A stretch of DNA of 64,000 nt, filler included, from Paramecium tetraurelia (lineage: Eukaryota): assembly GCA_000165425.1 (NCBI GenBank). It is 6 parts of 6 records of this genome, joined end to end, with 100 filler letters (N's around TTAATTAATTAA, not from the genome) between each part and the next. Parts side by side here need not be neighbours in the genome. Positions count along the whole stretch, not along the records: positions 24,093 to 47,782 come from CT868090.1; 5 more parts are not named here. One strand, given 5' to 3'. A model generated the notes under the pieces. That model was not told where the DNA came from and did no database searches. It worked only from the letters and a program-made list of their open reading frames with translations. Shown in pieces: positions 29,101-42,232 of the stretch. The position numbers were made by a program, and so were the translations under genes. Every line of letters starts with the position of its first letter. Position 1 is the first letter of the stretch.

Positions 29101-30179
29101 ATTAGAGAAACACCCATCAAATGGCTAAATGTTAAAGTCTTTACATTAATATTCTTCTTTAATATAATCAATAAATAATGAAAAATCTCTGATTCCAAAC
29201 CAAGAAATGGAGCCATCCGCTGAAGTTGTCACCTCTATTCTCAGATTTTCATTATTATGTATAAAATCAGTTATTCTTACTTACATGACTATGAATTTGC
29301 TGCATAATGGAAGTGCAGATTATACATAAGAATTTGAAGTTTAAGTTGCTACCAATTAGTTATCAATTTTGAAATAAATTATTGGTGAAGCTAAATTGAA
29401 TATTAAAACTCTCAAATTCAAACTAATCTTAGTATGAACCTTCAAAACGAAATCTTTGATAAAATTATTCCCTGTCGATCTTAAAAAATAAAAATCTATT
29501 ATTATTTGTTATTTATACCTGTACATTACTCTATTTATTAAGAAACTATGTTATTAGTCATCCATCCATCATTTAAAGTTATCATTGAGAGAAATCGTTA
29601 ATCCAAAGATTAATAAACTAATTCCCAAATATTTTAGGTATTACTTACGACATTTAAAGTAAATTCAGAAAAGCCCCATGATTTCTAATCAGAAACCATT
29701 GTAATTTAAATTGAAGTACTAGAGTGAGCAATATTTTCATTTATTTCATATGATCCATATGGTGGACAATCGTTTGTAAAAGTGTATAGAGAATTTTAGA
29801 TTATAAGATAAAGTTCATTATCAATATACAAATAGAAAGAATAGCTAACAGAATTTATCCTATCTTCATAACTTTATAATTACATCCAAAGTTTAAATGA
29901 CAGGTTGATTAAATCATGTAATGGAAGCTCAAAAGTTTTTGACGTTAAACTATTAAAAGATTAAGTGCATTCATTCATGATTAACATATTTTTTAATCCG
30001 CAACTTGCCACAGAATAACCATTGTTATCCAGTTAATAAATATTCCAATCTTAATATAACAATAACATACCAAAGTTTGTTGACGTAAAACTTCCATAAA
30101 AATTTCTATAAATAAGTTGAGACCTACTAATTGTTATTAACAGGAGATAAAAATTCAGAAAAAATATATGCATTTTCAT
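26184..30179 (-). CDS. Gene A copy 2: signal peptide, Cys-rich CGDG..EECDDGN..DGC repeats (Myxococcus Cys-rich repeat/DUF4215-like), multi-pass C-terminus; probable frameshift at ~27171
   Basis: MKMHIFFLNFYLLLITISRSQ...CGDGIITQDEECDDGNRINSDGC...FLQIGCLILGLLGPLINCVY...RNILFEVTD*. One extra base relative to copy 3 at 27171 creates an immediate TGA. Confidence 0.8.
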
Positions 30180-30444
30180 TGGTGATATCTTTTACTTCTA
30201 ATATTTTAATTTATTTAGTTAAATGCTTATCAATTTATATAAAATCATATTTATTAATTATATTGAATTAGAATTAATTTTTCAAAACTAAAAGATATTG
30301 GAGACATCGTTTAGTGATATTATACTCTAAATTATGAGTGCACATTTTGATTTAAGAGAGATAATAAAGATGTTATTGTAGTTGATTCTTAATTTAGCTG
30401 AAATATACATATATTAGATGTGGAAGATAAACTGGAGCATAGAA

Positions 30445-30525
30445 GTCAGTTTGGCCGAGTGGTTAAGGCGGTGGACTTGAAATCCACTGGGTTTACCCGC
30501 GCAGGTTCGAATCCTGCAGCTGACG
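30445..30525 (+). tRNA. tRNA-Ser, anticodon UGA
   Basis: Identical to 25228-25308 and followed by a T-run. Confidence 0.97.
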
Positions 30526-31299
30526 ATTTTTTCTAAAGGTTGAATCATATTTAGATATAAGCGTTGGATAGATTAAATTTTTCAATTAACCTATATAATT
30601 GAATATGAACAGAGATCTTAAGTTTTCTCTGAGAAGGTTTGATTAGTATTAACTTTTTTAAGTTATTGAACATTCGATTCACAATTTGTAATTATTCTTA
30701 ATTTGAAATTTATATAGTAATATTTAACTTATATAATTAAATGATTGCATTCTTCATGACCACTTCATATAAAAATTATATTGCGATCCTTTTAAGTACT
30801 TAAATTTTATTTAATAAACTATTTTGTAAATTTTAAACTTACAATTTATTATTTTAATTTAATGTTGTTCTGGGGTATTAATTTTAAGGCTCTTAACTTT
30901 TTTCTAGAATTCCACACACTAATTCCTGCAAATTTTCACTAATTTATAATATATTATTATCTTAAATACTTAATGAATTAATTATTTGAGAATATTCATT
31001 TAAAACTATAAACACAAGATGTAAGAATGAACTCAAAAATTATATTTAATTTTAAGAAAATGATTGGTTAAATTTTATAAAGCTTCAGCTCAAAAATAGG
31101 ATTTGATTAAAAAAAATACCAAGGCCAAAAATAGGAATTCCTATAGACATTTGTTTTTTAAATTAATCAACTTTTTGAAAATTACTTTCTTTTAGTTATC
31201 TCTTTCAATCAAAAAATAATGAATAAAAAATAAGCAATTATATTTAAATTATTTATAATGTATGTTTTCTGATGATCTATAGTCATAAATTTTTTAAAT

Positions 31300-32070
31300 T
31301 CATTTACCTAATCCTTCCATTTCATAATCCTACTATTAGAACGTTTATTGAATTTCATTTATTATTTTTGTGCATTCCAACAAAATTATTAAATTATCTT
31401 TATTTTCTTTTTCATATATTCTATATTTAGGAGTTTTATCTTTTAATCTCATAATATTTTCAAGGCTCTTATTAGCCTATTTAATCTCCTTAAGATATTC
31501 CAGACGCTTATTATATTCGTGTCTCATATTCTTTAAACTGAGTAATATTTATTATTCATTTAAGAATTTTTCAATTTTTGCTTTAGGATTCTTTTTCTTT
31601 TTCTTTTTCTAAGTATTGATTTCTTCATCTGAATTCTAAAATTAGTTAGGTTTAATGACATCTGATTTAAAATTTTCCCGAGGTTCAATAACATAAGAAA
31701 TTTATTGATTTTAGATGTCTGATTATCCTTTAGCATTCTTTTCATAACATGATATCTATGACTAAATATCTTTTTAGAAGCTATCAAGAAGGCATTTTAA
31801 AATCTAAGCTTCATAATTTGAAATATTAATCTATATGTAACTTGAACAATTGTCTGAGGATATTTTAGAGATATGAGAATTATTTTCTATTCCATCCAAT
31901 ATAGTATCAAAATTAGTTTCTTCTTCATCATTTTTTTAATCAAAACTGTCTTTTGGTTTTCTCTATTTATTTATTAAAAGTAAGATCAATCTTTATAAGA
32001 TTTGTTGTTTCTCCTCGAAAGTAGGTATGTAAATTTGTTGTAGCTATTATTATTGTTGTTGTCGTTGCAT
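31300..32070 (-). CDS. ORF B copy 2: intronless 256-aa hydrophilic hypothetical protein
   Basis: Fully open under code 6: MQRQQQQQQLQQIYIPTFEEKQQILQRLILLLINKQRKPKD...NFDTILDGIENNSHISKISSD...MRHEYNKRL...MEGLGK*. Conserved paralog at 38191-38952. Confidence 0.8.
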
Positions 32071-32453
32071 CTGTTCTCAAATATTTCGAGTTAAAATAAT
32101 TACAATATATTTCTATTATAAAAAGCTGGTATTTATTTTTAATTGTAATAATAGAATTAAAGTAATAATATCATAAAATTAAATAATACAAAGAGATCGG
32201 TAACTTAATAACAATATAATTGCTTTCCTTTTGAAGTATATATATATAGATTTCAGTTATGTTTAAGTCGTTGGATTAAATTTTAAATTAAATAATTTTA
32301 TAGATATAAATTAATAATTTTATAAATATAAAATAATATAGTTTAAATATTCCTAATTTGTATAATAAATTTGTAAACTTTAAACATAAAAATATTATAT
32401 TTATAAAATCATATTTATCTATTATATATAAATAATGTATTAAATATCGAATT

Positions 32454-35400
32454 TCAACGCGTTACTTCAAACACAATATTCCTAATTGCTCCTTTGAATT
32501 AAGATTTTTTTGGTTTGATTAATTTATAGATCGATTTTAAGTTTACAATAAAAATTGATAAACACAATTAAATAAAGGACCTAATAATCCCAACATTAAA
32601 CAACCTATTTATAAAAAACCCATTCTAATTATTTAATCAGGAGTAAAATGATTATTAAAATCTTTACAAAAAGATAAATTAATTAATGTAAATAATATTA
32701 CCGGAACCTCTACGCATAAGATATTCATCAAGTCTAAGCCAGTATTTGCAATTTTAAGAATTAATAAAAACACTACATATGCACAAGTAGAAAAAGAGAG
32801 CATTATGCATTATGCTATATAGCTTTCTTGCATTCTAATTAAAATTAACACAAAGATAAACTTTTTTAATAAAATAATTGACTAATGCTGCTAATTTCTT
32901 AGTTTTTTAAATTCTATGTTATTATTGGGTATCCCAAAATTTCTCAATACAATACATATTCCTATTATAAAATATATCAGACAAACTAAATAAGAGACCA
33001 AAGTTCTAATTCCTGATTATTTATTAAATGTTAAATACAATAAAACCTTGAAATTTAAATCCCAAGCATTAGCATAATAACAATCTATTATTAAATTTAC
33101 AGTGTCAAAATTTTAATAATTCTTTATGTAGTAATTAAATTAATATAGTTTTATTGCAAGCCACTCAACTGCTTTTGACTTCCTTTTTCTGATAAAATAC
33201 ATGAAATATGAAGTAAAACAAAATTTTAAGCAAAACTTTAGATACATTTTCAGAATCACCAATAATGAAAAGAATACAATGACCTACATAAATTAACTAT
33301 AAATATTAGTTATTAAATCAGCATTAGTTTTGTACTGATCAAACTTCCCAAAACCTTCAATTATATTAATCCCTAACTAATCTTCAAAATTATCTTTAAT
33401 TCCCAAAAATTATAAAATTGGATCCACTGATATCAATTCAGAAGATTAAAAATAAATATAAAGATTTTCTGGATATTCTACATTTATAAACTTCAAGTAT
33501 GAGTAAAATTATAATATATCTAAGATTTCTAAAAATTATTAGGGAGAACCAAGAAGGAATGCAAAAATAGCAAAACCTCCTAATGCAAGCATAATATTGT
33601 AACCAAATGTTTAGAAATTTTTGGAAGCTTCTACTTATGCTTCATTTAAAATTATAGGGGCATATAATACAATTTATTTTGAAGATGGTGGCACCAGTAA
33701 ATCGTTTTCATCCAATAAAATAAGATCGACCTTAACTTCCAAAATTGGATTTTATGAGAGTTGTTAGTTAATTTGAATTTTTAATTCATAATTGATATTT
33801 CGAGTCACATTTGAGACTATTTCTATTACAGGAGTAATACTAATATTATAATAAGTAGGATCTATGTTAATTGAATTAGCATTAAAATCTAAAAAGTGAA
33901 TGTCTTATTAATTCAGTTTAACTTTTTTAGTATATGATAGTTTAACATATTGTGTGTTATAAGTTGAATTCAAAAATACAATCGAAATTTTAGCAATAGG
34001 GAAACATTAACTTAAAAATGAAAAGGAGTCGATGCAATTCCAATCCTCTTCAATTTTACATTAATTTGAACATCCATCAGAATTGATCCTGTTTCCATCA
34101 TCACATTCTTCATCTTTAGTTATAATCCCATTTCCACATGAGAAACACTTGTTATTTTCCAAAATATAATCTGGTTTACATCGGAGGCAATTAGCCCCAT
34201 CGCAAACTAAGCAATGATTCTTGCATTCAGATTGATTTGGATCAATTTCTTCACTTTCAATTAGAACTATTGGAATACATTTACCATTTATAAATTCTTC
34301 TTCAACTTTACACACATCTTAACATTTGCCAGATTCACAAATTTTACAGCCAAAATTACATTAAAATTAACATTCAAAACAGCCATCATATTTAATATCA
34401 TTTCCATCATCACATTCCTCTAATCCACTTATAACTATTTTATCTCCACATATTGGTGCGCATAAATGATGTACCAGCTTGAAATTTGATTCACATATGA
34501 GACAATTTAATTCCTTATTGCAAAATTAGCAATAAGGTCTACATTAAAATAAACATTCATTGCACCCATCCTCAATAATATGATTACCATCATCACATTA
34601 TTCATTTGAGGTTAATGCTACTTAATTATCTCCACAAATCTGCTAGCATTTATGTTCAATCAACTGCCATCCCTCAAGACAAGCATAGCATTTATCTAAA
34701 ATACATACTAAACATTCTGATGAGCAGTTTTATATACAATTATAACAATCATTATTTTATAAACTAACTAAATCTTTACAATTACACATTTCAACACATT
34801 ATCTTGTGTTGGGCGAAAATTTATAACCTTCTCTACATTCAGTTTAACTATTTGATTAATAATCTTAAATAATTAAAGAATCTGGAAAATAACAAACCGA
34901 AAAACTTTAAATTATGTTTAATCCATGATAATTATTTTAAAGTAGATTATACTATTAAGAAAATTAGAGTATTGATTATTATTGAGAGTTAGGTTAACAT
35001 TAAAAGCCATTTTTTTTCAAGATAATTAGTCCAATCACTGAAGAAACCAGTTTCTAATTTTTCTACAAGGTTATCACATTGAAAGTCTTTTTTTCAAGTT
35101 AATTAGTCCAATTGTTGTAAAAATAAGGTTCTATTTGTATTATAAGGTTTTCACATTAAAAATCATTTTTTTCAAGATAATTAGTCCAATAGTTAAAAAA
35201 ACCAGCCGCTAATTGTTTTACAAAGATTTGATAACATTTAAAATCGTTTTTTTCAAGATAATTAGTCCAATTGTTGAAAATACCAGTTTCTAATTGTTCA
35301 ACAAGATTTTCAATTTAGAAATTATTTTTGTCAAATCTTTTAGTCCAGTTGTTGCTAAATCCAGTTTCTAATTGCTTTATAAGGTTTTCACATTAAAAAT

Positions 35401-37114
35401 CGTTTGTTTCAAGATAATTAGTCCAATTGTTGAAAAACCCAGTTCTTAACTTTTCAACAAGGTTTTAATAACATAAAAGGCCATTTTTTTCAAGATAATT
35501 AGTCCAATCGCTGAAGAAACCAGTTTCTAATTGTTCAAAAAGGTTTTGATCAAACTAAAAACCATGTTTACATCTATTTTTTACAAGAAAATAGGATTTT
35601 TCACATTCCTTACAAGTTCCATAAACACAAAGGATACAATTTAAGGGACAAGAAAATTAGCAATCATGGCAACCATCATATGGAATCGAATTACCGTCGT
35701 CACAAACTTCATTTAACATAAATTTCTGATCACCACATATGGGGATACAGTTATTTTTTGTATCCAAATACCAGTCATCTAAACAATTGATACAGATCCC
35801 ATTTACGCAATTACTACAACCCAAATTACAATCGTATTGATTAGAGAAACACCCATCAAATGGCTAAATGTTAAAGTCTTTACATTAAAAATTTTCAAAT
35901 ATATTAGTAAATAATGAAAAATCTCTGATTCCAAACCAAGAAGTAGAGCGTATACCACTGTGTATATTCCTCTATTNNNNNNNNNNNNNNNNNNNNNNNN
36001 NNNNNNNNNNNNNNNNNNNNNNNNNNNNNNNNNNNNNNNNNNNNNNNNNNNNNNNNNNNNNNNNNNNNNNNNNNNNNNNNNNNNNNNNNNNNNNNNNNNN
36101 NNNNNNNNNNNNNNNNNNNNNNNNNNNNNNNNNNNNNNNNNNNNNNNNNNNNNNNNNNNNNNNNNNNNNNNNNNNNNNNNNNNNNNNNNNNNNNNNNNNN
36201 NNNNNNNNNNNNNNNNNNNNNNNNNNNNNNNNNNNNNNNNNNNNNNNNNNNNNNNNNNNNNNNNNNNNNNNNNNNNNNNNNNNNNNNNNNNNNNNNNNNN
36301 NNNNNNNNNNNNNNNNNNNNNNNNNNNNNNNNNNNNNNNNNNNNNNNNNNNNNNNNNNNNNNNNNNNNNNNNNNNNNNNNNNNNNNNNNNNNNNNNNNNN
36401 NNNNNNNNNNNNNNNNNNNNNNNNNNNNNNNNNNNNNNNNNNNNNNNNNNNNNNNNNNNNNNNNNNNNNNNNNNNNNNNNNNNNNNNNNNNNNNNNNNNN
36501 NNNNNNNNNNNNNNNNNNNNNNNNNNNNNNNNNNNNNNNNNNNNNNNNNNNNNNNNNNNNNNNNNNNNNNNNNNNNNNNNNNNNNNNNNNNNNNNNNNNN
36601 NNNNNNNNNNNNNNNNNNNNNNNNNNNNNNNNNNNNNNNNNNNNNNNNNNNNNNNNNNNNNNNNNNNNNNNNNNNNNNNNNNNNNNNNNNNNNNNNNNNN
36701 NNNNNNNNNNNNNNNNNNNNNNNNNNNNNNNNNNNNNNNNNNNNNNNNNNNNNNNNNNNNNNNNNNNNNNNNNNNNNNNNNNNNNNNNNNNNNNNNNNNN
36801 NNNNNNNNNNNNNNNNNNNNNNNNNNNNNNNNNNNNNNNNNNNNNNNNNNNNNNNNNNNNNNNNNNNNNNNNNNNNNNNNNNNNNNNNNNNNNNNNNNNN
36901 NNNNNNNNNNNNNNNNNNNNNNNNNNNNNNNNNNNNNNNNNNNNNNNNNNNNNNNNNNNNNNNNNNNTTAGTAAATATTCCAATCTTAATATAACAATAA
37001 CATACCAAAGCTTGCAGATGTAAAAGTTCCGTGAAAATTACTATAAATTAGTTAAGACCTACTAATTGTTATTAACAGGAGAGAAAAATACACAAAGGAG
37101 ATTGGGCTTTTCAT
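32454..37114 (-). CDS. Gene A copy 3: Cys-rich multi-pass membrane protein with internal repeat expansion (spans gap 35977-36967)
   Basis: ATG at 37114, MKSPISFVYFSLLLITISRSQ; CGNGIITKDEECDDGNRINSDGC (ORF-track fragment 34061-34315); ends ...AIRNIVFEVTR*. Confidence 0.85.
35000..35550 (-). repeat. Seven tandem 77-81-bp coding repeats (approximate unit CENLVEQLETGFFNNWTNYLEKNDFQ)
   Basis: AGTCCA anchor at 35028, 35105, 35183, 35264, 35342, 35420 and 35501; copy 2 has a single unit at ~28735-28812. Confidence 0.92.
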
Positions 37115-37387
37115 TGTTTATATCTCTTAGTTCTAATATATATTAAATTTATTTAATTTAAATGCTCATCTATTTATAGAATGTCATATTTATAAAATAT
37201 ATTAATTCACCCTATTCTTTTGATTTAAAATCAACTTCAAATTCAAAGAAATATTTGAGGTATAATTTAGTGATATGTTAATTCTAAACTAATAATATAG
37301 ATTTTACTATAAAAAAGATACTAATGTTAAAAAATTTGATTATTATTTTTAATTGTTATAATTTTGAAGATAAATACTTACATACAA

Positions 37388-37468
37388 GTCAGCTTGGCCG
37401 AGTGGTTATGGCGGTAGATTAGAAATCTATTGGGTTTACCCGCGCAGGTTCGAATCCTGCAGTTGACG
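37388..37468 (+). tRNA. tRNA-Ser, anticodon AGA
   Basis: Acceptor stem GTCAGCT/AGTTGAC; anticodon arm GTAGA-TTAGAAA-TCTAT; long variable arm; A and B boxes; T-run terminator. Confidence 0.97.
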
Positions 37469-38190
37469 ATTTTATTATAAATTTTGGATACAAATTTTGA
37501 TATAATAGGTTGTTAGATTAATTTATCATTTAACCTTTAAAATTTGAATATGGTTTGATTAGCATTAACTTTTTTTTAGTTATTTAACATTCGACTCACA
37601 ATTTGTAATTATTTTGAATTGGAAAATTTATCTACAGTATTATTATAACTTATATAATTAAAATGATTGCATTATTCTTGGTGATTTCATTTAAAAATTA
37701 TATTGTGATCTTTTAAGCACTTCATTTCATTTTTTAATAAAATTATTCTATAAATTTTAATCTTACAATGATTATTCTAATTTAATGTCGTTCTTGGGTA
37801 TTAATTTTAAGGCTCTTAACCTTTTTCTAGAATTCCACAAACTAATTCCTGTAAAGTTTTACTAATTTATAATTTATTATTATCATAATACTTATGTAAT
37901 TAAATATATGAGAATTATCAATAAAAATATATAGATATTAAAAATATAGATGAGTTCGATTTATGTAGAATTAACTTAAAAATAAAATTTGATTTCAAAA
38001 AGATTTTCAATTTAAATATTAGTAATTCCTAAAATTGTTTTTTCTTTTGTATTTATCCAACTGTCTGAAAATGAATATACTTATTGTATAACTATTAATC
38101 AAATAAATGAAAAAATAAGAAATTAAATGTATATTATTTGTAATATATATTGTAAAATTACTTATATTAATACATTAGTTATAGAATTGA

Positions 38191-38952
38191 TCAAATTATT
38201 CCTTCAATTTCTTAATCATATTGTTAAAACATTGATTGAATTTCATTTATTATTTATCTAAATTCCAATAATTTTATTAAATCTTTATGATTTTCTTATT
38301 AATTCATTATAAATTTAGGAGTTTTATCTTTTAATTTCTTTATTTTGGCAAAGCTATTATTAGTCTATTTTGTATCCTTAAGATCTTAAAGACGCTTATT
38401 ATATGTGTTTCTCATATTCTTAAGACTTTCTAATATTTATTGTTTATTTATGAATTTTTAACTCTTTTTATTAGGTATCTAATCCTAAAAAATTATATCT
38501 TCCTCAGAATCTTCAGGAATGTTAGGTTTAATAACATCTGATTTTACATTTCTCTTTTATTCAATTACATAAGAAACTTATTGATTTTGTAAGTCTGATT
38601 ATCCTTTACCATTCTTTTCATAAATAGAAAGTTATGATTAAGCTTCTTTAACTTCTCTTTATAAGTTTTCAAGAAGACTTTTTAATAATAAAGCTTCATA
38701 ATCTGAAATCTTAATTTCTATATAACTTAAACAAGTGTCTGAGGATATTTTAGAAATATGAGAATCTTTATCTATTCCATCCAATATAGTATCAAAATGA
38801 ACTTCATCTTGAAAATTCTTTTATTAAAATTGATCTTTTGGTTTTCTCTCTTTATTTTTTAAAATAAAGATTAATCTTTATAAAATGTGATTTTTCTCAT
38901 CAGAAGTAGCTATAAAACTTTCTTTTTATTATTGTTGTTGTTGTTTTTGCAT
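38191..38952 (-). CDS. ORF B copy 3: intronless ~253-aa hypothetical protein
   Basis: MQKQQQQQQKESFIATSDEKNHILQRLIFILKNKERKPKD...HFDTILDGIDKDSHISKISSD...EIEGII*; homologous to B2, with start and stop in the same frame. Confidence 0.78.
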
Positions 38953-39715
38953 CTTCTCTCAAATATTTCAACTTAAATATAATAATATATATTTCTAATA
39001 GAAAATTGATGATAATAATAGAATTAATATTATATATATATATATACAATTTAATAATACAAAGAGATTGCTAATTTAATAACAATTAAATTATATATTA
39101 AATAAAATATATTCAATACTCTTTTCACCAAGTTCTTTTTATTTACTCTTTTCAATTCAATTCACAACTTTATTACTTCTTTGATCTCTTTATCATCAAT
39201 TTTTATTAATTTTCAAAGTAAATAATTTTAAAGCCTTTGCAAATACTCCTTAAATTCCTTCTTCTTTTCTACGGTTGTCTCCATTTATTATAATTCCTAC
39301 TAAAATTAACAATACTATGTGTAGTGATAAACTTTTAATTTGGTAAAATATTAACCTTGCTATCTCCTTTATTAATTTTGGTTTGTTGAGCATGTATGTT
39401 TGATGTCAATTATAATTTGATTATCATAAAATTCTGCAGTATTATTTGTATTAGGAGAATCCCAAGGCTAAGAATTCCAAAAAGTCTGTTATGCTAAAAA
39501 ATTGATTTAAGATGTATACCTACACCATACCAAGAACTTTGATAAAATTGGAGTTATTTTTTGCTTTTTTAACTATGGACTATTAACTTGCTACTCTAAT
39601 AACAAGCTTTCATTTTTACAAATTTATAAACATAGTTTTTATTTAGAACTTAAAATTCAAAATTAATATATTTAATTTGCAAGTAAATAAAAGGAAGAGT
39701 TGATCAAATAAATAA

Positions 39716-40550
39716 TGTTGTACCAAGATCATGGTTCTAGAATATTGTAAAGTCAGATACTTGTATTTGGATAAAATCTAGCAAAAATCGCAATTTCGGT
39801 ATGAAGACGAGGCAGAATTGTAATACATAATTCACATTATTTTAAAAAACTATCTTCAACCTCCATATTTTTTGGTGAACCTTAAAAAGTTAAACAATAA
39901 AGTGATTTAATAGTCAAGACATTTGGAATTGAAAAATTAAAATATTGAAATCAAGAATTCCAGTAATAAACCAAATTTGTATTTGAGAAATTAGAGTAGG
40001 AGGACAAATCTAATGTGTTAAAGTTCTTAAAAAAGTCAAGTGAAATAATAATTAAAACTCTCTTCAGTATATAATTACAACAGAGATTATGATTGATTTA
40101 ATAACATAGTTTTGAGAATGAAAATGAATAAATTTTATGTGAATATTAAATTAGCATATTTTGGAGTGAGAGAATTTGGTTTATTATCATAAAAAAAAAA
40201 GAAAATAACTATTATGCGCTTATATGGATATCTCTTTTGATGATTACTTAAAATAATAAAAAGAATTCTAAGTCCTGATTTTCAAAATATGTTTCATGTT
40301 TATCACTATGTTTGCTGCAGGCTCAGTAAATCAGATATTGTTTTAACTATGGCCCTATATTTTTTAGGATCGGAAAAGGAGGTTTAATAAGAAATTAGAA
40401 AATAAATTTTGTTAGTCTTCAATGGTCAAACAGAAGAGCTGGAATTCATCTGTAATAATTAACAGCCTTCATTAAGGAAATTTTTCGTTTCAAGGCTCCT
40501 CTTTTTGCGCCCTTTATTAGAGCTGCTAAGAAAACCCATTACCATAACAT
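39716..40550 (+). pseudogene. Cytochrome P450 pseudogene fragment
   Basis: I-helix-like FITMFAAGS (~40299-40325), J-helix-like LTMALYFLGSEKEVQQEIRKQI, K-helix AFIKEIFRFKAP with ExxR (40477-40488). The motifs are separated by frameshifts and no heme-binding FxxGxxxC follows. The 5' boundary is approximate. Confidence 0.72.
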
Positions 40551-40929
40551 AAAAAAATATAAATTCATCGTGTTGAAAACATATTTCTTCTTCTCCTCTT
40601 TTTCAATCAATTTAAGATGCTAATTTATTCTATTAATATTCAAAAAAGCAGAATTATCAACTACCGATTATCTAATGAACAATGCAGATATATCATAAGT
40701 AATAACTGAATTCTGTTGTTGCTTTCTTAACTAAGAATGTTTCACTCTTGAATATATCCATCATGTCCACCCTCTTTAATATGTATACACCTTTTAAATT
40801 TCCATATCTCTTATTCCTTATCTTTATCAAACATTCTTAATTATATAAAATATGCATGTGCCATTTCTAATGTCCATTTAAAGTAATATTACCAATATGA
40901 AAATAAAGATTTTATTTATTAGTTTTACA

Positions 40930-42070
40930 ATGTTGATAGGACTAGCTAAAAGTTTAACGAATAGATATAAAAAGAACTAAGCTTTATTTTATTTGAGATT
41001 CAATTTCCGTCATTCAAGTTATTGAGGATATAAAACATTTAATCATATTCTTTGTTACTATTAAATTTTAATATACAATTTATAAATATTTAGCGGTTAA
41101 ACTATCTAAAACGCTAAAATACCATTTGATAATCACAATTCAAACTTAGATACAAAGTTAAATACTTGCTAAAGTACTAGAAAATTTCTCTGTTGATTAA
41201 TATTTAGAGCATTTTATAGTTAAATTATTAATCTATAGTTCTGGCAGAAGTTGCAATGTCAAACATTAGTTTGAAGTTATGTGTTTTTTGATAGTGTGGA
41301 ACTTAAACGAGTGAATTAAAAGAATCATAGATTAAGACTCAAACAATAGAGGAAAAGGGATGTAATTATTAAAATTAAGACTATGAAATTTAGTTAAAAA
41401 TTTATCCCAACGATTCGAAAGGAATTTCAATTAGAAAATAAATTAGCTAATGCGAATAAAATGATAGTTTAAAAGGAGGTGTTGATCTAAAGTTAATATT
41501 AATTAATAAATTAGCAATTATAAGTAATTTAATAATTATAATACACAATCAAATAGTTAGAATGCAAATTAAGGTTTCTTGTTTGTGAGAAGGAAAATTC
41601 AAACAGTAAAATAAATGATGAATAATTGGGTTGGTAGTGGAAAGGCTTAACTTTATATTTTTTTAATTTGGAAAAAAAGGTTGGAATAGAAAATAAAAAA
41701 GTTCAATAATTGTACTTTAGTCAAGTAACAAAAGGATTAAGAATAATTATATAAAGCTCATAATTCTTTACTGTTAAATTATAATAGAAAGAAAAGTAAA
41801 AGAGACTTGATTTTCAAAATAAGGAGAATTAATAATAAATTATTGAAAAAAAATAGTAATAAGAGACAGATATCAAAAACAGAATGATTGTAAACAGAAA
41901 TTGACTCTGTTAACAATCGAATAGGATAGGATGAATGAAATATTCAAATAATAATAAATAGATTTTGATTATATTAATTCGAATAATTTTACATTGTGCT
42001 GAAATAGATAGATTGATAGAAGTGTAAAGTAAATTAATGAATTGAAAATAAATGATATCGAAATCAAGTG
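40930..42070 (+). CDS. Possible coiled-coil hypothetical protein, perhaps degenerate
   Basis: Q/E/K-rich heptad-like stretch EFQLENKLANANKMIVQKEVLIQSQYQLINQQLQVIQQLQYTIKQLECKL; gene structure not resolved. Confidence 0.35.
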
Positions 42071-42232
42071 AATATATATGCAATGATGATGAGAGAAAAC
42101 AAAAAATAGTTAAAACAGATGTTTGATTTGTTTATATCAATTTGATTTATTTATTTAAAAACTGTTAGATTAAGTAGGTAAAAAAAGATATCATAATAAA
42201 TTGTAATGAATATGAAGTTTCATTCTTGTTTT

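Larger units (their letters stand above)
36968..39184 (+). repeat. Left arm of long inverted duplication (visible part)
   Basis: Reverse complement matches 45193-~47235; identity ends sharply at 39184/45193. Confidence 0.93.

Noticed and set aside
35000..35550. CRISPR-like array
   Set aside because: The whole units are homologous with no unique spacers, mostly multiples of three, and lie inside a eukaryotic coding region.
37261..37275. TA-bounded 13-bp segment absent from the inverted copy (~46941), as a retained IES
   Set aside because: Shorter than the ~26-bp minimum for Paramecium IESs. A deletion between TAT microhomologies explains it, and cassette copy 2 retains similar sequence.
39031..39046. 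(TA)n microsatellite, mirrored at ~45331
   Set aside because: Short, expected in AT-rich intergenic DNA, and simply part of the inverted duplication.
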